Of a stretch of DNA of 64,000 nt, positions 45,482-55,408 are shown one piece after another. The position numbers were made by a program, and so were the translations under genes. Numbering within the stretch: position 1 is the stretch's first letter; each line of letters opens with the position of its first letter. The stretch is from sequence record JN849462.1; one strand, given 5' to 3'. A model generated the notes under the pieces. That model saw nothing but the letters and a program-made list of their open reading frames with translations, made no database searches and was not told where the DNA came from.

Positions 45482-46096
45482 ATGCCAAGCAATCTGAACA
45501 ACATCAAAATCAAAGACATTCGCGAATTCGGTATCAGCACTATCTCATACAAAGATTTCACTATCTTTGCTACTGAAGAAGCTGACGAGATTGTTCTACG
45601 CGCTGCTGTAGAATACGATGAGAACTCAGACGCTCACGTATCAGTTACTGAAGTGTGTGGTGACACATTGAAAGAAGCGAAAGCTTACCTGCAAGCTGAA
45701 TTGAACGACGTTGAGCACACTGCTGGTCAGATTGCTGAAATGGCGATTGCTCTTGACTTCACTGGTCAATACGACGTTCTAGTTGAGAAATTCAACGCGC
45801 CGAAAGCTAAGCCAGTTGCAGTAGTCGCTCCTGTAGCTAAAGTATCTGCTCTAGTAGAAGAGACTAAGCCTGAGCCAAAAGCTGAAGCGCCTAAGAAGAC
45901 TAACGCACGCGGTGCTGCTGCACGTGAGCTAGTCGCTGAGAAAGCAACTGAAGTTACAGGTCTGACTGACATCACTTTCGAACAGCGTGGCAAATACAAA
46001 GACTGGTACATCATGGGTACTGACGCTGAAGGCGAAGCATTTGAGCAACGTCTAGACGTATTCAAGAAGAAACTAGTAGTAATGGGAGCATTGTAA
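45482..46096 (+). CDS. hypothetical protein with Ala/Pro/Lys linker
   Basis: First gene after the cassette. Confidence 0.85.
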   Translation: MPSNLNNIKIKDIREFGISTISYKDFTIFATEEADEIVLRAAVEYDENSDAHVSVTEVCGDTLKEAKAYLQAELNDVEHTAGQIAEMAIALDFTGQYDVLVEKFNAPKAKPVAVVAPVAKVSALVEETKPEPKAEAPKKTNARGAAARELVAEKATEVTGLTDITFEQRGKYKDWYIMGTDAEGEAFEQRLDVFKKKLVVMGAL

Positions 46097-46275
46097 TGGT
46101 TAATCAAGTACGACGTATCAATGGTGATGATTACATTGTCAAGTCTCACCGTGACAACAAGTGTGAAGTACAAAAGCTTTCACATATTGAATTAGTTCTT
46201 GACACGTACGACGTTCACGAGCTAGAATCTTTCGAACTTATTACAACACTATCTGATACTTTTTAAGGACATATT

Positions 46276-46836
46276 ATGAACATCAAAGCAGGTCAAATCG
46301 TAGTTTCAACGGCAACATCACACAAGTCAGTTGGCAAGAATGGCGAGTACGGATTGGTTATGCACGCCAACAACACTCTAGCAATCGTATATTGGCCAAA
46401 CGCAGGTCGTTGTGTCAAACAGTTTTTCAAAAATGCGACTATTGCATATGCGCCGTCTAGAACTACGTTTAATACCAATATCAATCGCGATAAAGCCGAA
46501 GCTGCATACGCACAATACAAAAACGATACTAAACCAGCAAAACGCAAACAAGAAAGTGAAGATAATAGTCAACCGTCATTGAATACGCCGATGGGATATG
46601 CAGTTGCGTTGATGCGCAATGACTTATCAGCACGAGAACTAATTTCGATGCATGATGGTCTTATTTCGTCTGAGCAAATGTATTTGAGACACGTTGAGCG
46701 AGTTACTGGCGAATCAGCCTCGATTCACAGTGCGAAGATACAGTTACAGAAAACACTGCGTGCTCAAGAGCTATCAGAAATCGACGCAGAGATTAAGCGC
46801 CTTGAGCAACTAAAAGCACAACTTGCAAACAAATAA
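46276..46836 (+). CDS. hypothetical protein, C-terminal coiled coil
   Basis: AAGGA RBS. Confidence 0.8.
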   Translation: MNIKAGQIVVSTATSHKSVGKNGEYGLVMHANNTLAIVYWPNAGRCVKQFFKNATIAYAPSRTTFNTNINRDKAEAAYAQYKNDTKPAKRKQESEDNSQPSLNTPMGYAVALMRNDLSARELISMHDGLISSEQMYLRHVERVTGESASIHSAKIQLQKTLRAQELSEIDAEIKRLEQLKAQLANK

Positions 46837-46868
46837 AACTTTATACCCAAACTTGAGAGAAAAACATT

Positions 46869-47426
46869 ATGAACAAATCAGTACAACTAGTAATCGCATT
46901 CGCTGGAACTTACATGCCAACTGCATACGAACTTGGTCAGAACTTCTATGATGAAAGCAAAAGCAAGACATATATTGACTCGGTGCGTCGTCAATGTGCT
47001 AAAGAGCTTGAAGAAGGCGTGAAAGCGGGATTGCTAACTCGTGTTAAAGGTAAGAAGTATGCTGGTTCAACTAAGTTCGCGCATCGTTACACATGTCGTA
47101 AGTACGCTGATAAGATTGGTCTAAAGAACGTACCTTACCGTGACGGTCGTAATGCTCCACCACGCACTGGCATTATTGCACTGATTGAAAAATGCGTTGC
47201 TGAAATGATTATCGACAAAACGTACCGTCACAAGAAGTTCACTTCAAACGAAGTTGGTATCGCTACTGTCATTCAATACATTCGCGAAGGAAAAACACCT
47301 GCTGCACGCAAGATCTTGAGCAGCCACGCGAACACGTATGAAAAGAACGTGAAGTACGTTGTTCGCAATCACCGTGGTGTTCTTGATGACAAAGGGCTTA
47401 ACTTACGCGACTTAGTGAAAGCATAA
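46869..47426 (+). CDS. basic hypothetical protein
   Basis: GAGAG RBS, Lys/Arg-rich. Confidence 0.8.
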   Translation: MNKSVQLVIAFAGTYMPTAYELGQNFYDESKSKTYIDSVRRQCAKELEEGVKAGLLTRVKGKKYAGSTKFAHRYTCRKYADKIGLKNVPYRDGRNAPPRTGIIALIEKCVAEMIIDKTYRHKKFTSNEVGIATVIQYIREGKTPAARKILSSHANTYEKNVKYVVRNHRGVLDDKGLNLRDLVKA

Positions 47427-47472
47427 TGCAACCAATAGATGTAAGAGATAGAATTGAACACGGGGCTACCAA

Positions 47473-48066
47473 ATGCACAAAATGACAGTTCATGTATGTG
47501 ACTACTGCGACTTTCAAAGCATATTACCAAAAGAAGTCGAAGCGCATGAAAAGCGTTGCGCACAGCACGACACGTTTTTAAAAGTCAAAGCGATTCAGCA
47601 AGCACAAGCTCATGCCTATCTCGACACGATTCGATTGCGTGCATGTTCGTTCAAGCACTTGTTTGAAATCATTCAAGACGAAGAAGATATGATCATCGAA
47701 GCGGTTCAAGTGTTGCACTTCTACGGCGAAGAGCGTAAAGCACCGCGTATGATGAACTTCAAATGGAAATACTGTCATTTCTGTCATGAGTACGAGCAGT
47801 TTCGAGAACAGCGTAAGACACACAGCGCGCCAGTTGGTGAGAAAACTTGCCCGATGTGGTCAGAAAACAAAGACGACATCAAGCGCGGTCTTGCTTGTGC
47901 AATTGAATGCAATTGGGAACATCAAGGTAGTCGTAAATCAGTTGACCGCTATCGTAATTATCTTGGTTACATCCCGGGTGTGAATACAGGCTCAGGTGGC
48001 GGTGTTGATAAAGTTCATTACTATCTGACACTTTGGAAAGATGATTTCCCATTAATTCAAAAATAA
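47473..48066 (+). CDS. hypothetical protein, N-terminal C2H/C finger
   Basis: CDYC...HEKRC. Confidence 0.75.
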   Translation: MHKMTVHVCDYCDFQSILPKEVEAHEKRCAQHDTFLKVKAIQQAQAHAYLDTIRLRACSFKHLFEIIQDEEDMIIEAVQVLHFYGEERKAPRMMNFKWKYCHFCHEYEQFREQRKTHSAPVGEKTCPMWSENKDDIKRGLACAIECNWEHQGSRKSVDRYRNYLGYIPGVNTGSGGGVDKVHYYLTLWKDDFPLIQK

Positions 48067-48068
48067 CC

Positions 48069-48142
48069 AAAAAAGGGTTGCTTCGGCAGCCCTTTTCTCG
48101 TATTATAGCTTTATCAAAACGAGATACGAAAGAGAGAACATT
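48069..48142 (+). promoter_or_regulatory. promoter/terminator cassette
   Basis: AAAAGGGTTGC-TTCG-GCAGCCCTTTT, TATTAT, ATCAAAACGAGATAC. Confidence 0.85.
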
Positions 48143-48385
48143 ATGACTTCAGTAATCAACGAAAAATTCCTAGCAGTGATTCACGCAGCACAAGACGCAG
48201 TTGTTGCTGAAAATGCTTCTTTCGATTACGTAGCATCTAACGCTGAGATCGCAACTGACATTTGGCACAATCACATGACTCCATTCGAGCGTCTAGAGTT
48301 TGTTCAGTTGTTCACTAACGAGTCTCTAGTGATTGAACGCCGTTACGACCTTGCGCTTTGGTTAATTGAAAATTCTTTGAAATAA
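48143..48385 (+). CDS. hypothetical protein
   Basis: First gene after the cassette. Confidence 0.8.
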   Translation: MTSVINEKFLAVIHAAQDAVVAENASFDYVASNAEIATDIWHNHMTPFERLEFVQLFTNESLVIERRYDLALWLIENSLK

Positions 48386-48388
48386 TGC

Positions 48389-48443
48389 TTGACGAGTTTC
48401 ACCAAAAAGCCGATAATAGCTACATCAAAACGAGGAGAACATT
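48389..48443 (+). promoter_or_regulatory. early promoter cassette
   Basis: TTGACG, GATAAT, ATCAAAACGA, GGAG RBS. Confidence 0.75.
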
Positions 48444-48734
48444 ATGAACTACACAACTGAAACAATCAAAGCATGTCTTGAACTAGTTGCAACTTTGAAA
48501 TCAGACAAGATCACAAAAGGCAACGTAGAGAAGCTACGCGCTGCATATCGTGCGCAAGCTGACCAAGAAGTGTCTATTGCTATGTCTTCTATCTGTTCTA
48601 TTGCAGAGCGTCATTTAGACCGCAAAGCAGCGAATCGTCCTGCAATGAGCAAGTGTGCTGAGTCTTACTTGAACTTTGATTGGCGTACAATCCCGGGTTG
48701 TGTTGGTTTTTCACGTGAAGTACTAGAGGTGTAA
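48444..48734 (+). CDS. hypothetical protein
   Basis: ATTATG start. Confidence 0.8.
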   Translation: MNYTTETIKACLELVATLKSDKITKGNVEKLRAAYRAQADQEVSIAMSSICSIAERHLDRKAANRPAMSKCAESYLNFDWRTIPGCVGFSREVLEV

Positions 48735-48735
48735 C

Positions 48736-49017
48736 ATGGTTAGTCTTTTAAAAGCAGTTAATAGCGAGTTCACGAGCTATACAGGTCGTGTGCTGCCTGA
48801 TGCGATTGCAAGTAAAGTCGCTCGTACATGTGAGCAAGAATATTGGGCTACGTTTTACATGCACGATTGCACGTCACTAGACACCGCTGACCGTGATGTA
48901 GCTTTCGACCTCATTGCAAATGAGCTTGGTCTAGAAGATGGTTGGCCAATGTACGGATCGTCTGACGAGTACAAAACAAAGTTTCAACAAGAACTTGAGA
49001 AATTGGAGTTAGCATGA
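48736..49017 (+). CDS. hypothetical protein
   Basis: GAGGT RBS. Confidence 0.8.
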   Translation: MVSLLKAVNSEFTSYTGRVLPDAIASKVARTCEQEYWATFYMHDCTSLDTADRDVAFDLIANELGLEDGWPMYGSSDEYKTKFQQELEKLELA

Positions 49018-49298
49018 GTCTAATAGGTAAAATCAAAGAATTTCTGTTCCCGACGATCACGCCGCCAGCAATTGGTGATAAATTTCGTCAAATCGAGAAG
49101 AATTGGGTTGACGTTGATCGCGATTCAACTATAATCGTAATCACTAACGTATCGAAAGATGGTCGATACATCAAATACGAGTTTACACAGATTGAAGGTA
49201 AGCCTGTAGCAGTCACACACGTTGGTAGAACATCATCAAGTGTTTCATATGAGTTCCCGACGCATCAACTTTATAGACTATTCGAGAAAGTAGAATGA
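49014..49298 (+). CDS. hypothetical protein, IGD-type SH3-like paralog
   Basis: AIGDKFRQ...IVITNVSKDGRYIKYEF. Confidence 0.75.
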   Translation: MSLIGKIKEFLFPTITPPAIGDKFRQIEKNWVDVDRDSTIIVITNVSKDGRYIKYEFTQIEGKPVAVTHVGRTSSSVSYEFPTHQLYRLFEKVE

Positions 49299-49711
49299 CA
49301 CGAATCAATTGTATGCCGGTTGAAACGCTCTCAGACAAGCATTTGCTTGCAGAGTACAAAGAGATAACCAGACCGTTTAACAAGGTTGAGAAGCGCATAC
49401 AAGCGCATACAATGGGTGATGTGAGCATTCCTGAGCACTACGTACTTGGTACAGGTCACGAAACGTTCTTTTTTGATAAGTTGCATTATCTTTACGTTCG
49501 TTATCGTGACTTGTGTGAAGAACTATTGCACCGCGGTGTGAATATCAACGTTGAACAGTTCGATGAAATCTGCGAATGGATTGAGAACACGTTTGTTGAC
49601 ACGCCGTATTGGAACTATTGGACACCGCGCCCAGAAGACATGTATTTGAACATGGCGCGACTTGTGAAGCGCAGCAACTTTGATGCTGCAAAAGCTGAAG
49701 CACTAAACTGA
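49295..49711 (+). CDS. denV: endonuclease V (pyrimidine dimer DNA glycosylase)
   Basis: MTRIN...LSDKHLLAEYKEITR...YVLGTGHETFFFDKL, colinear with T4 DenV. Confidence 0.95.
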   Translation: MTRINCMPVETLSDKHLLAEYKEITRPFNKVEKRIQAHTMGDVSIPEHYVLGTGHETFFFDKLHYLYVRYRDLCEELLHRGVNINVEQFDEICEWIENTFVDTPYWNYWTPRPEDMYLNMARLVKRSNFDAAKAEALN

Positions 49712-49721
49712 GGAAATTATT

Positions 49722-50153
49722 ATGACACTAGCACATTTTCCACAAGACGAATTGCCTGAGCGTTTTGATTTTAAAATGCCTGACGAGCCTGAAACTCGAA
49801 AGACGCATTGCAAAGTAACTGAAGAGAAAGACAAGAACATCTTCAAGATCATCATGTTCTGGTTCTTCATGTCGATATTTGCAATCGGTGTAGCAGCGTT
49901 CTTTGGGTTTTTCAGCAAGATAGAAATCGGTGATCGTTATTACCTTCTGCAAGACGTGGGATGGGAACGCTCTCAGAGTGTATTATTCGGTATTGAAATC
50001 ACAGACGTGAATTACGCAGCCGAGCGAGTACGGTACAAGTACATCAACTTAGATGCTGTAGATGAGAAAGAAATGGCGTTTAGTGCTTTGAAACGTTCTT
50101 ACGTACCGGCTGACAGTGTTGAAATCAATCACTCTATGGAGAAAACAAAATGA
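49722..50153 (+). CDS. membrane-anchored SH3-like paralog
   Basis: TM segment then EIGDRYY...IEITDV...VRYKY. Confidence 0.75.
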   Translation: MTLAHFPQDELPERFDFKMPDEPETRKTHCKVTEEKDKNIFKIIMFWFFMSIFAIGVAAFFGFFSKIEIGDRYYLLQDVGWERSQSVLFGIEITDVNYAAERVRYKYINLDAVDEKEMAFSALKRSYVPADSVEINHSMEKTK

Positions 50154-50503
50154 CAGCGACCAAATTCGTAGGCTCAATCGTAGCTGTATGGCTTGGTATT
50201 ATATTTCTCGTAGCCATGAACATCACTGGGTATTCGTTATTCAAACCAGACATTAAAGTTGGTGACGTATATCAGTCTGTCAAAGAAGCAGAATTTGCCA
50301 GTGACCCCGATGAAGTAACGATCATCGAAATCACTGAAATCAGCAAAGACGGCGATGACGTTCGTTACATTTACAAAATGATAGACAACAAGGCGTATGA
50401 AAACGACGATCCATATCATTGGAAAATGAAAAAGCGTTATATCTACCGTTACTATGAGAAACTTGATTATGAAAGCAACGCAAAAACAGATCGAACTATG
50501 TAA
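50150..50503 (+). CDS. membrane-anchored SH3-like paralog
   Basis: TM segment then KVGDVYQ...IEITEISKDGDDVRYIY. Confidence 0.75.
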   Translation: MTATKFVGSIVAVWLGIIFLVAMNITGYSLFKPDIKVGDVYQSVKEAEFASDPDEVTIIEITEISKDGDDVRYIYKMIDNKAYENDDPYHWKMKKRYIYRYYEKLDYESNAKTDRTM

Positions 50504-50693
50504 CTTACTCATTGACAACGGTGCTCCGTTTGAACTAAAACACCCACACGAAGATTCCATCGAAGCTGCTGATCAGTTCATCAAAGCGAATCGTCATTAT
50601 CTACAGCGTGGTATCGTCAAGCACGAGAACTATTATCACAAAGCAGTTGAGAACGGTTTGATGCCTGAAGACATCGGTGTGTGGAATATGTAA
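50469..50693 (+). CDS. hypothetical protein
   Basis: ATTATG start. Confidence 0.65.
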   Translation: MKATQKQIELCNLLIDNGAPFELKHPHEDSIEAADQFIKANRHYLQRGIVKHENYYHKAVENGLMPEDIGVWNM

Positions 50694-50756
50694 AAAGTGG
50701 TTGCAATGCCGAATCAGATGCGTATAATGAACTCATCAACTGAAGAGAGAAACATT
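50694..50756 (+). promoter_or_regulatory. early promoter cassette (degenerate leader)
   Basis: GTGGTTGCA, TATAAT, GAGAGAAACATTATG. Confidence 0.75.
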
Positions 50757-50967
50757 ATGAGCTTTAAAACACGAGTACAAATCTGGCGCGTATCACGAGT
50801 CATTGTGATGTTCACTTATAATCTTTCGGTCGCTATCTCGCGTAGCTTCTAACACACGAGGGATGGTATGCAGTTCACGCTATCCCTAAACGACTTATCA
50901 CCGATGGGATTCGATGAGTTCAACAAAGCCGTCGATAAAGTCAGGGAAGAATCAGAGGAAGAAAATT

Positions 50968-51192
50968 ATGAAAGTAGTATACGAAAATGCGACAAAGCAC
51001 GAGAAAGGTCTGCTTGTTTACTTGCATTTCAATGACGAGACTGAATATCGTGTTGGTAAGAATGGCACTGTTCAGCGTGGTAAGTCGTTTCACGGCAAAG
51101 TAAAGCGCGGTGAAAAGGTCTACGCAAACGAACATGTTGTCGGTCACAAAAGCAACACGCTTGAAGAAGCGAACAAGCGAGTATTCAAATGA
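50968..51192 (+). CDS. hypothetical protein
   Basis: GAGGA RBS; start 50968. Confidence 0.7.
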   Translation: MKVVYENATKHEKGLLVYLHFNDETEYRVGKNGTVQRGKSFHGKVKRGEKVYANEHVVGHKSNTLEEANKRVFK

Positions 51193-51572
51193 ACGATAAC
51201 GAACTAAAAGGCTTACCAACTGACATCGACTTGCTAGAAACAGCAATTCAGTTGCTCAAAGCAAAACCTTATGATCAGCGCCGTTTAGAGCATTTAGCAA
51301 ATGTCATGACTCGCGTTCAGCCTCAAGTGCTCAAGCGAAAAGCTGAACTTGATTGCTGGGCAGTGAAGCCATTCACCAGAATGGACATGAAAAAGCTACA
51401 AATCGTACCAACGAACGGTGTGTTTTACCAAGATCAATTGATTCACACGTACGATAAAGACGCTCAAGCGTTTCACATGCTTGATTATTTCAAAGAGAAC
51501 GACATCAAATCATACGGTGAGTTTCTTGACCATCTTAGCGAATTGGAGAATAAAGTATGCACGCAGGTGTAA
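51189..51572 (+). CDS. hypothetical protein
   Basis: ATGA overlap. Confidence 0.8.
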   Translation: MNDNELKGLPTDIDLLETAIQLLKAKPYDQRRLEHLANVMTRVQPQVLKRKAELDCWAVKPFTRMDMKKLQIVPTNGVFYQDQLIHTYDKDAQAFHMLDYFKENDIKSYGEFLDHLSELENKVCTQV

Positions 51573-52537
51573 TTGGCAAGTTCAACAACTATCATCAAGG
51601 TCATTTCAAATTGATCAAGTTCGCGCTATCGCTTGCAGACAAAGTAACTGTTTTGCTTTGCACTGAAGACAGCGATCCAATTCCAGTTGAAACACGCATG
51701 AAATGGATGCACCAAGATTTCGGTAATCGTATTCGCATTAGTGTAATCTGCCCGAGTGATGAAAATCTCTCGAACAAATCAGAGTCTGATCGCGAAGTAT
51801 CAAAGCAGTGGGCTGCTTTTATCGACGAGCGTTACCCTGAAATTGATGCATTCGTTGGTTCTGAGCAATACATCAATTACTGTGCTGAGTACGGTAACTT
51901 TGACGGAATCATTTACGATGAAGCGCGAGAAATCACACCTTGCTCAAGCACTTCGGTTCGCGAGAACGATTCTCACGAGTTCTACAGCCCGAGCGCACAA
52001 CAAGACCGAGTACGTCGAATTGCATTCATCGGTCCCGAGTCTTGTGGTAAGTCATGGAACGCAGCATCAATCGCAGCCGCTAACGGTTATGAACTTGTAC
52101 TCGAAGCAGCACGCGACATCATGAGCGACAATCACTACACTGAACACGATGTTCTTGAGTTCGCGATTGCACAAACTGCACGAATCGAAGCAACCGGTAA
52201 AGAAAGTGACACTGTAATCGTTGATTCTTCAGCTATTACGTCGGCAGTTTACAGTCAGTTTCAATTCAATCAATCATCGGTTCTTCTGAATGCATTAGCT
52301 GCTTTTGAAAACATTGATGCTTATGTACTCTTCCGACCAAACTGTGAGTTTGTTCAAGATGGTACACGCACACAGACGCAAGAAGACCGCGAACGCTGGT
52401 TTGAACTTGCAAAGTCTATGCTTCTTCGATTGAACAAGCCATTCTTGATTGTTCAGAAAGGCAATGATTGGGAAGAACGTTTACACGAAACGGCAAGTCA
52501 TGTTTCACTACTGAGAGATAAAGTAAAATGGGTATAA
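51557..52537 (+). CDS. nadR: NadR-type NMN adenylyltransferase / ribosylnicotinamide kinase (no HTH)
   Basis: GKFNNYHQGH (HxGH), SSTSVR, then P-loop GPESCGKS, FVQDGTR. Confidence 0.88.
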   Translation: MHAGVIGKFNNYHQGHFKLIKFALSLADKVTVLLCTEDSDPIPVETRMKWMHQDFGNRIRISVICPSDENLSNKSESDREVSKQWAAFIDERYPEIDAFVGSEQYINYCAEYGNFDGIIYDEAREITPCSSTSVRENDSHEFYSPSAQQDRVRRIAFIGPESCGKSWNAASIAAANGYELVLEAARDIMSDNHYTEHDVLEFAIAQTARIEATGKESDTVIVDSSAITSAVYSQFQFNQSSVLLNALAAFENIDAYVLFRPNCEFVQDGTRTQTQEDRERWFELAKSMLLRLNKPFLIVQKGNDWEERLHETASHVSLLRDKVKWV

Positions 52538-52866
52538 TCTGGATTTCAAATATTGCGATTGTCGTCGCGACGTTACTTGTGACATTCATCATCAAGTGTG
52601 TGTTCATGGTCGACATTGGATGGGAACGTTACTTAGACAAACTACAACGCTTTAAGTACCGTCATTTGTTCACTCGTGAAGTTCATGAATATTTCGAAGA
52701 CCACAAACACGACGATATGCCATTCTGGTGTTTTTCGTTCATCATTCTTGATATAGTATGTTTGGGAGTATTGTGGTTAATCGCACACTTTGCGCCAGTT
52801 GTTGCAGTGGTTGTATTACTGCTTGCTCTAATTCGAATCATTGTGATTAAGGTGAAAAAATGTTAG
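52528..52866 (+). CDS. membrane protein
   Basis: Three hydrophobic segments. Confidence 0.75.
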   Translation: MGIIWISNIAIVVATLLVTFIIKCVFMVDIGWERYLDKLQRFKYRHLFTREVHEYFEDHKHDDMPFWCFSFIILDIVCLGVLWLIAHFAPVVAVVVLLLALIRIIVIKVKKC

Positions 52867-53204
52867 TCAAGACGATTTCTTCAATCCTTCTACTGGCGTG
52901 GTTAATCAACTTAGCTATACCAGTAGTTCTATCACTCGGCGGGTCATTGATCAACTTCATGTTCCGCAGTGAAATCCCGTTTGTTAAATGGGCTGAATCA
53001 TACCAAGAGTTCAAATATGGATGGCTATTTGGGCCATACATGGAAGGTGACGATCACGCAATTGCGTTTTTCATGCTTGATTTGATTGTAGGATTCATAG
53101 TAACATTAATCAGCTTGTGGCTGATTGAGCAAAGCATCGTCGTGTGGCTGATTATCGCCATGCCATTCATTGTCCGATTCATTACAGAGTTGATTAAAAA
53201 ATGA
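52860..53204 (+). CDS. membrane protein
   Basis: Three hydrophobic segments, similar layout to the previous ORF. Confidence 0.75.
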   Translation: MLVKTISSILLLAWLINLAIPVVLSLGGSLINFMFRSEIPFVKWAESYQEFKYGWLFGPYMEGDDHAIAFFMLDLIVGFIVTLISLWLIEQSIVVWLIIAMPFIVRFITELIKK

Positions 53205-53467
53205 GTTTAGCAAATTACACCGAGAACGCTCTTCGCGAAGAACTACAACGTCGCGAAGCTGAACGCGAACTACTTGGTAGCATTCAAGTAGTACTTGACA
53301 AGACACCGGATCAAGAAGTTGAAACACGACTAGTCAATTTGGCTAAATCATACCTCGAAGATGAATTGCAAGATCGAGAAATCGACACGCAATATGCATA
53401 TGAAGAGATTATGATGCTCGTATACGGTAAAGACGTGTTTGATAAACTGAATCGTCTTCGTCGCTAA
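53201..53467 (+). CDS. hypothetical protein
   Basis: ATGA overlap. Confidence 0.75.
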   Translation: MSLANYTENALREELQRREAERELLGSIQVVLDKTPDQEVETRLVNLAKSYLEDELQDREIDTQYAYEEIMMLVYGKDVFDKLNRLRR

Positions 53468-53491
53468 CAATTACTTTGAGAGAAATATATC

Positions 53492-54157
53492 ATGTTTGAT
53501 TTACTGTTTAACATTAACCACACTGTGTTTTCAATTGGTGATTATGCAGTGTCTGGTCTAGAACTCTGGGCAACTCTTACTGGTTTGATTTGTGTCATCA
53601 TGGCACGAATGAATATGAAGCACAACTTCACAGTCGGCATTGTGAACTGTATCGGGTTCGCAATTCTGTTCTTCCAGATTCAGTTGTATAGTGACGTGCT
53701 CTTGCAGGGGTTCTTCATTGCAATGTCGATCTTCGGCTTCTATCAATGGAACAAGCAAGGTACAGATGAAGTCAAAATCCGTTACTTGAAGATGCGTAAA
53801 TTCGCAGGTTCGATTATAGCGACGTTGATTGGTACTGCGGCACTCGCGTACTTCATCGACCCGATTATGAACTTCAGTGGTTCACTGCTTGTTACCGATT
53901 ACGTACACGCCCCTGCTGAACTCGCTGTGCAAGATGCATTCACGACTGTAGCAAGTATCATGGCGTTTATGCTCATGATTCAGCGTAAAGTCGAAGCATG
54001 GTGGTACTGGGTTGCAGTAAACGTAGTGTGCATTGTGAACTACAGCACGCAGGGCGTAATTGTAGTTGCTGCTGAATACTGCATTTTCCTAGCAAACGCG
54101 CTTTATGCAATCGTAATCTGGCATAAAGAAGGCATGAAAAACGAGGCACAAGCATGA
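53492..54157 (+). CDS. pnuC: nicotinamide riboside transporter
   Basis: Multi-TM; LELWATLTGLICV, QLYSDVLLQ, GFYQW, DAFTTV.SI.A..LM, EAWWYWVAVN. Confidence 0.92.
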   Translation: MFDLLFNINHTVFSIGDYAVSGLELWATLTGLICVIMARMNMKHNFTVGIVNCIGFAILFFQIQLYSDVLLQGFFIAMSIFGFYQWNKQGTDEVKIRYLKMRKFAGSIIATLIGTAALAYFIDPIMNFSGSLLVTDYVHAPAELAVQDAFTTVASIMAFMLMIQRKVEAWWYWVAVNVVCIVNYSTQGVIVVAAEYCIFLANALYAIVIWHKEGMKNEAQA

Positions 54158-54402
54158 GTACATGGGACGAAGTGAAAGACGCTGTAAACGGCGTCTTCAA
54201 AACAACTGGTGAATTCACAAAACGATTCCCAGATACTGACGTTGTAGCAGTTGTCTTTGATAACGCACTACCGCAAGCACTAGACAAAGCGTTGCAGCTT
54301 GCATTCATTCACAATCTCGACCGTAACAGCGTTGATTGTCAAGTCATGTTAAACGGTTACGAGCAACTAAAAACAAAAGGTTGGATTGGCGATGGTTGTT
54401 AA
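54154..54402 (+). CDS. hypothetical protein
   Basis: ATGA overlap. Confidence 0.7.
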   Translation: MSTWDEVKDAVNGVFKTTGEFTKRFPDTDVVAVVFDNALPQALDKALQLAFIHNLDRNSVDCQVMLNGYEQLKTKGWIGDGC

Positions 54403-54679
54403 AGGGTTACCTGTTTATCTAGTCGGCGCACCGTGCATCATGATTGATGCGCAAACCAAAGCACCGCTCAACGGCACTGAAGGTGATGTCGAAAAGCAAG
54501 TATTGGAAATGCGAAGCTTCTTGAGCAAGCCGAACTGGTGGCTTGAGAAAGTACTTGAAGAACTCGCTGACGGTGCGATTCAAGAAGGCGCAACTGCCCT
54601 GTACTTGTATGACGTTGATCATCACGCAGAAATCCCGGGTACTGGTATCATTTACAGAATTCGCGGGGCGTGGGCATGA
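54386..54679 (+). CDS. hypothetical protein
   Basis: ORF in the operon. Confidence 0.7.
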   Translation: MAMVVKGLPVYLVGAPCIMIDAQTKAPLNGTEGDVEKQVLEMRSFLSKPNWWLEKVLEELADGAIQEGATALYLYDVDHHAEIPGTGIIYRIRGAWA

Positions 54680-55173
54680 CATATCGAAAGTTCAACTTAC
54701 GTGAGAACTTCGAACACTGTACTGAAGAGCAAATGACCGATTTACATTTCGTCTTTGATAAAGTCGAACCTTATTGGCGAGATTGCAAAATGCTAACCGA
54801 AGAGCAACGTTTTCGTTTAGCTCAGTGTCATGCAATGGCGGTTGTTCGAACGTTGAATAACGCGATTATCGACGGCAAGCGTAATCGTATTATGAATCGA
54901 CTACGACAAGAAGAAGCGGATCGACTATACAATGGCGATCAATCAAAGCTATATTTGTACTACCCGCACCACTTAGTTGACGAAGAGTACCCGCTTCGCG
55001 CTGAATGGTGGGTTAGCTATTGTGAACAAGATATTGAAAATATCGAAATCGCGCTTCAGAAAAGTCGATATAGTGAAGGGCGCTTTATGAGCCGTGACCG
55101 TTATCACCTTGAAACGATGATGGAAGTTTTTGATGTAGTACGTGAAAAACTTGAAAGAAGATACTTGATGTAG
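54676..55173 (+). CDS. hypothetical protein
   Basis: ATGA overlap. Confidence 0.8.
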   Translation: MTYRKFNLRENFEHCTEEQMTDLHFVFDKVEPYWRDCKMLTEEQRFRLAQCHAMAVVRTLNNAIIDGKRNRIMNRLRQEEADRLYNGDQSKLYLYYPHHLVDEEYPLRAEWWVSYCEQDIENIEIALQKSRYSEGRFMSRDRYHLETMMEVFDVVREKLERRYLM

Positions 55174-55212
55174 CGATTTGATTCGTGTATACTCTTAAAA
55201 AAGGAGTATCAC

Positions 55213-55407
55213 ATGAACCAAGTACCAGATTTAATCTTCCATCTAATGAACGACAATGAAATTATTACAATGTGTTTCATTGTCGCTCTGACATTAATCA
55301 TAATGCACGCGATTACGTTTAAACAATGCGCTGTGTTATTCGTTTCATCATTTATTCACGGCATCATGACATTCATTGCCTTGTTCTATACGCCTATGGG
55401 AGGCTAA
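55213..55407 (+). CDS. small membrane protein
   Basis: AGGAG RBS; hydrophobic. Confidence 0.7.
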   Translation: MNQVPDLIFHLMNDNEIITMCFIVALTLIIMHAITFKQCAVLFVSSFIHGIMTFIALFYTPMGG

Positions 55408-55408
55408 T

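Noticed and set aside
50757-50960. Stop-codon readthrough or recoded gene after the 50694 promoter
   Set aside because: A 31-codon ORF is followed by an in-frame TAA and further open sequence, but there is no homology evidence; a decayed gene or two tiny ORFs explain it equally well, and other genes use standard stops
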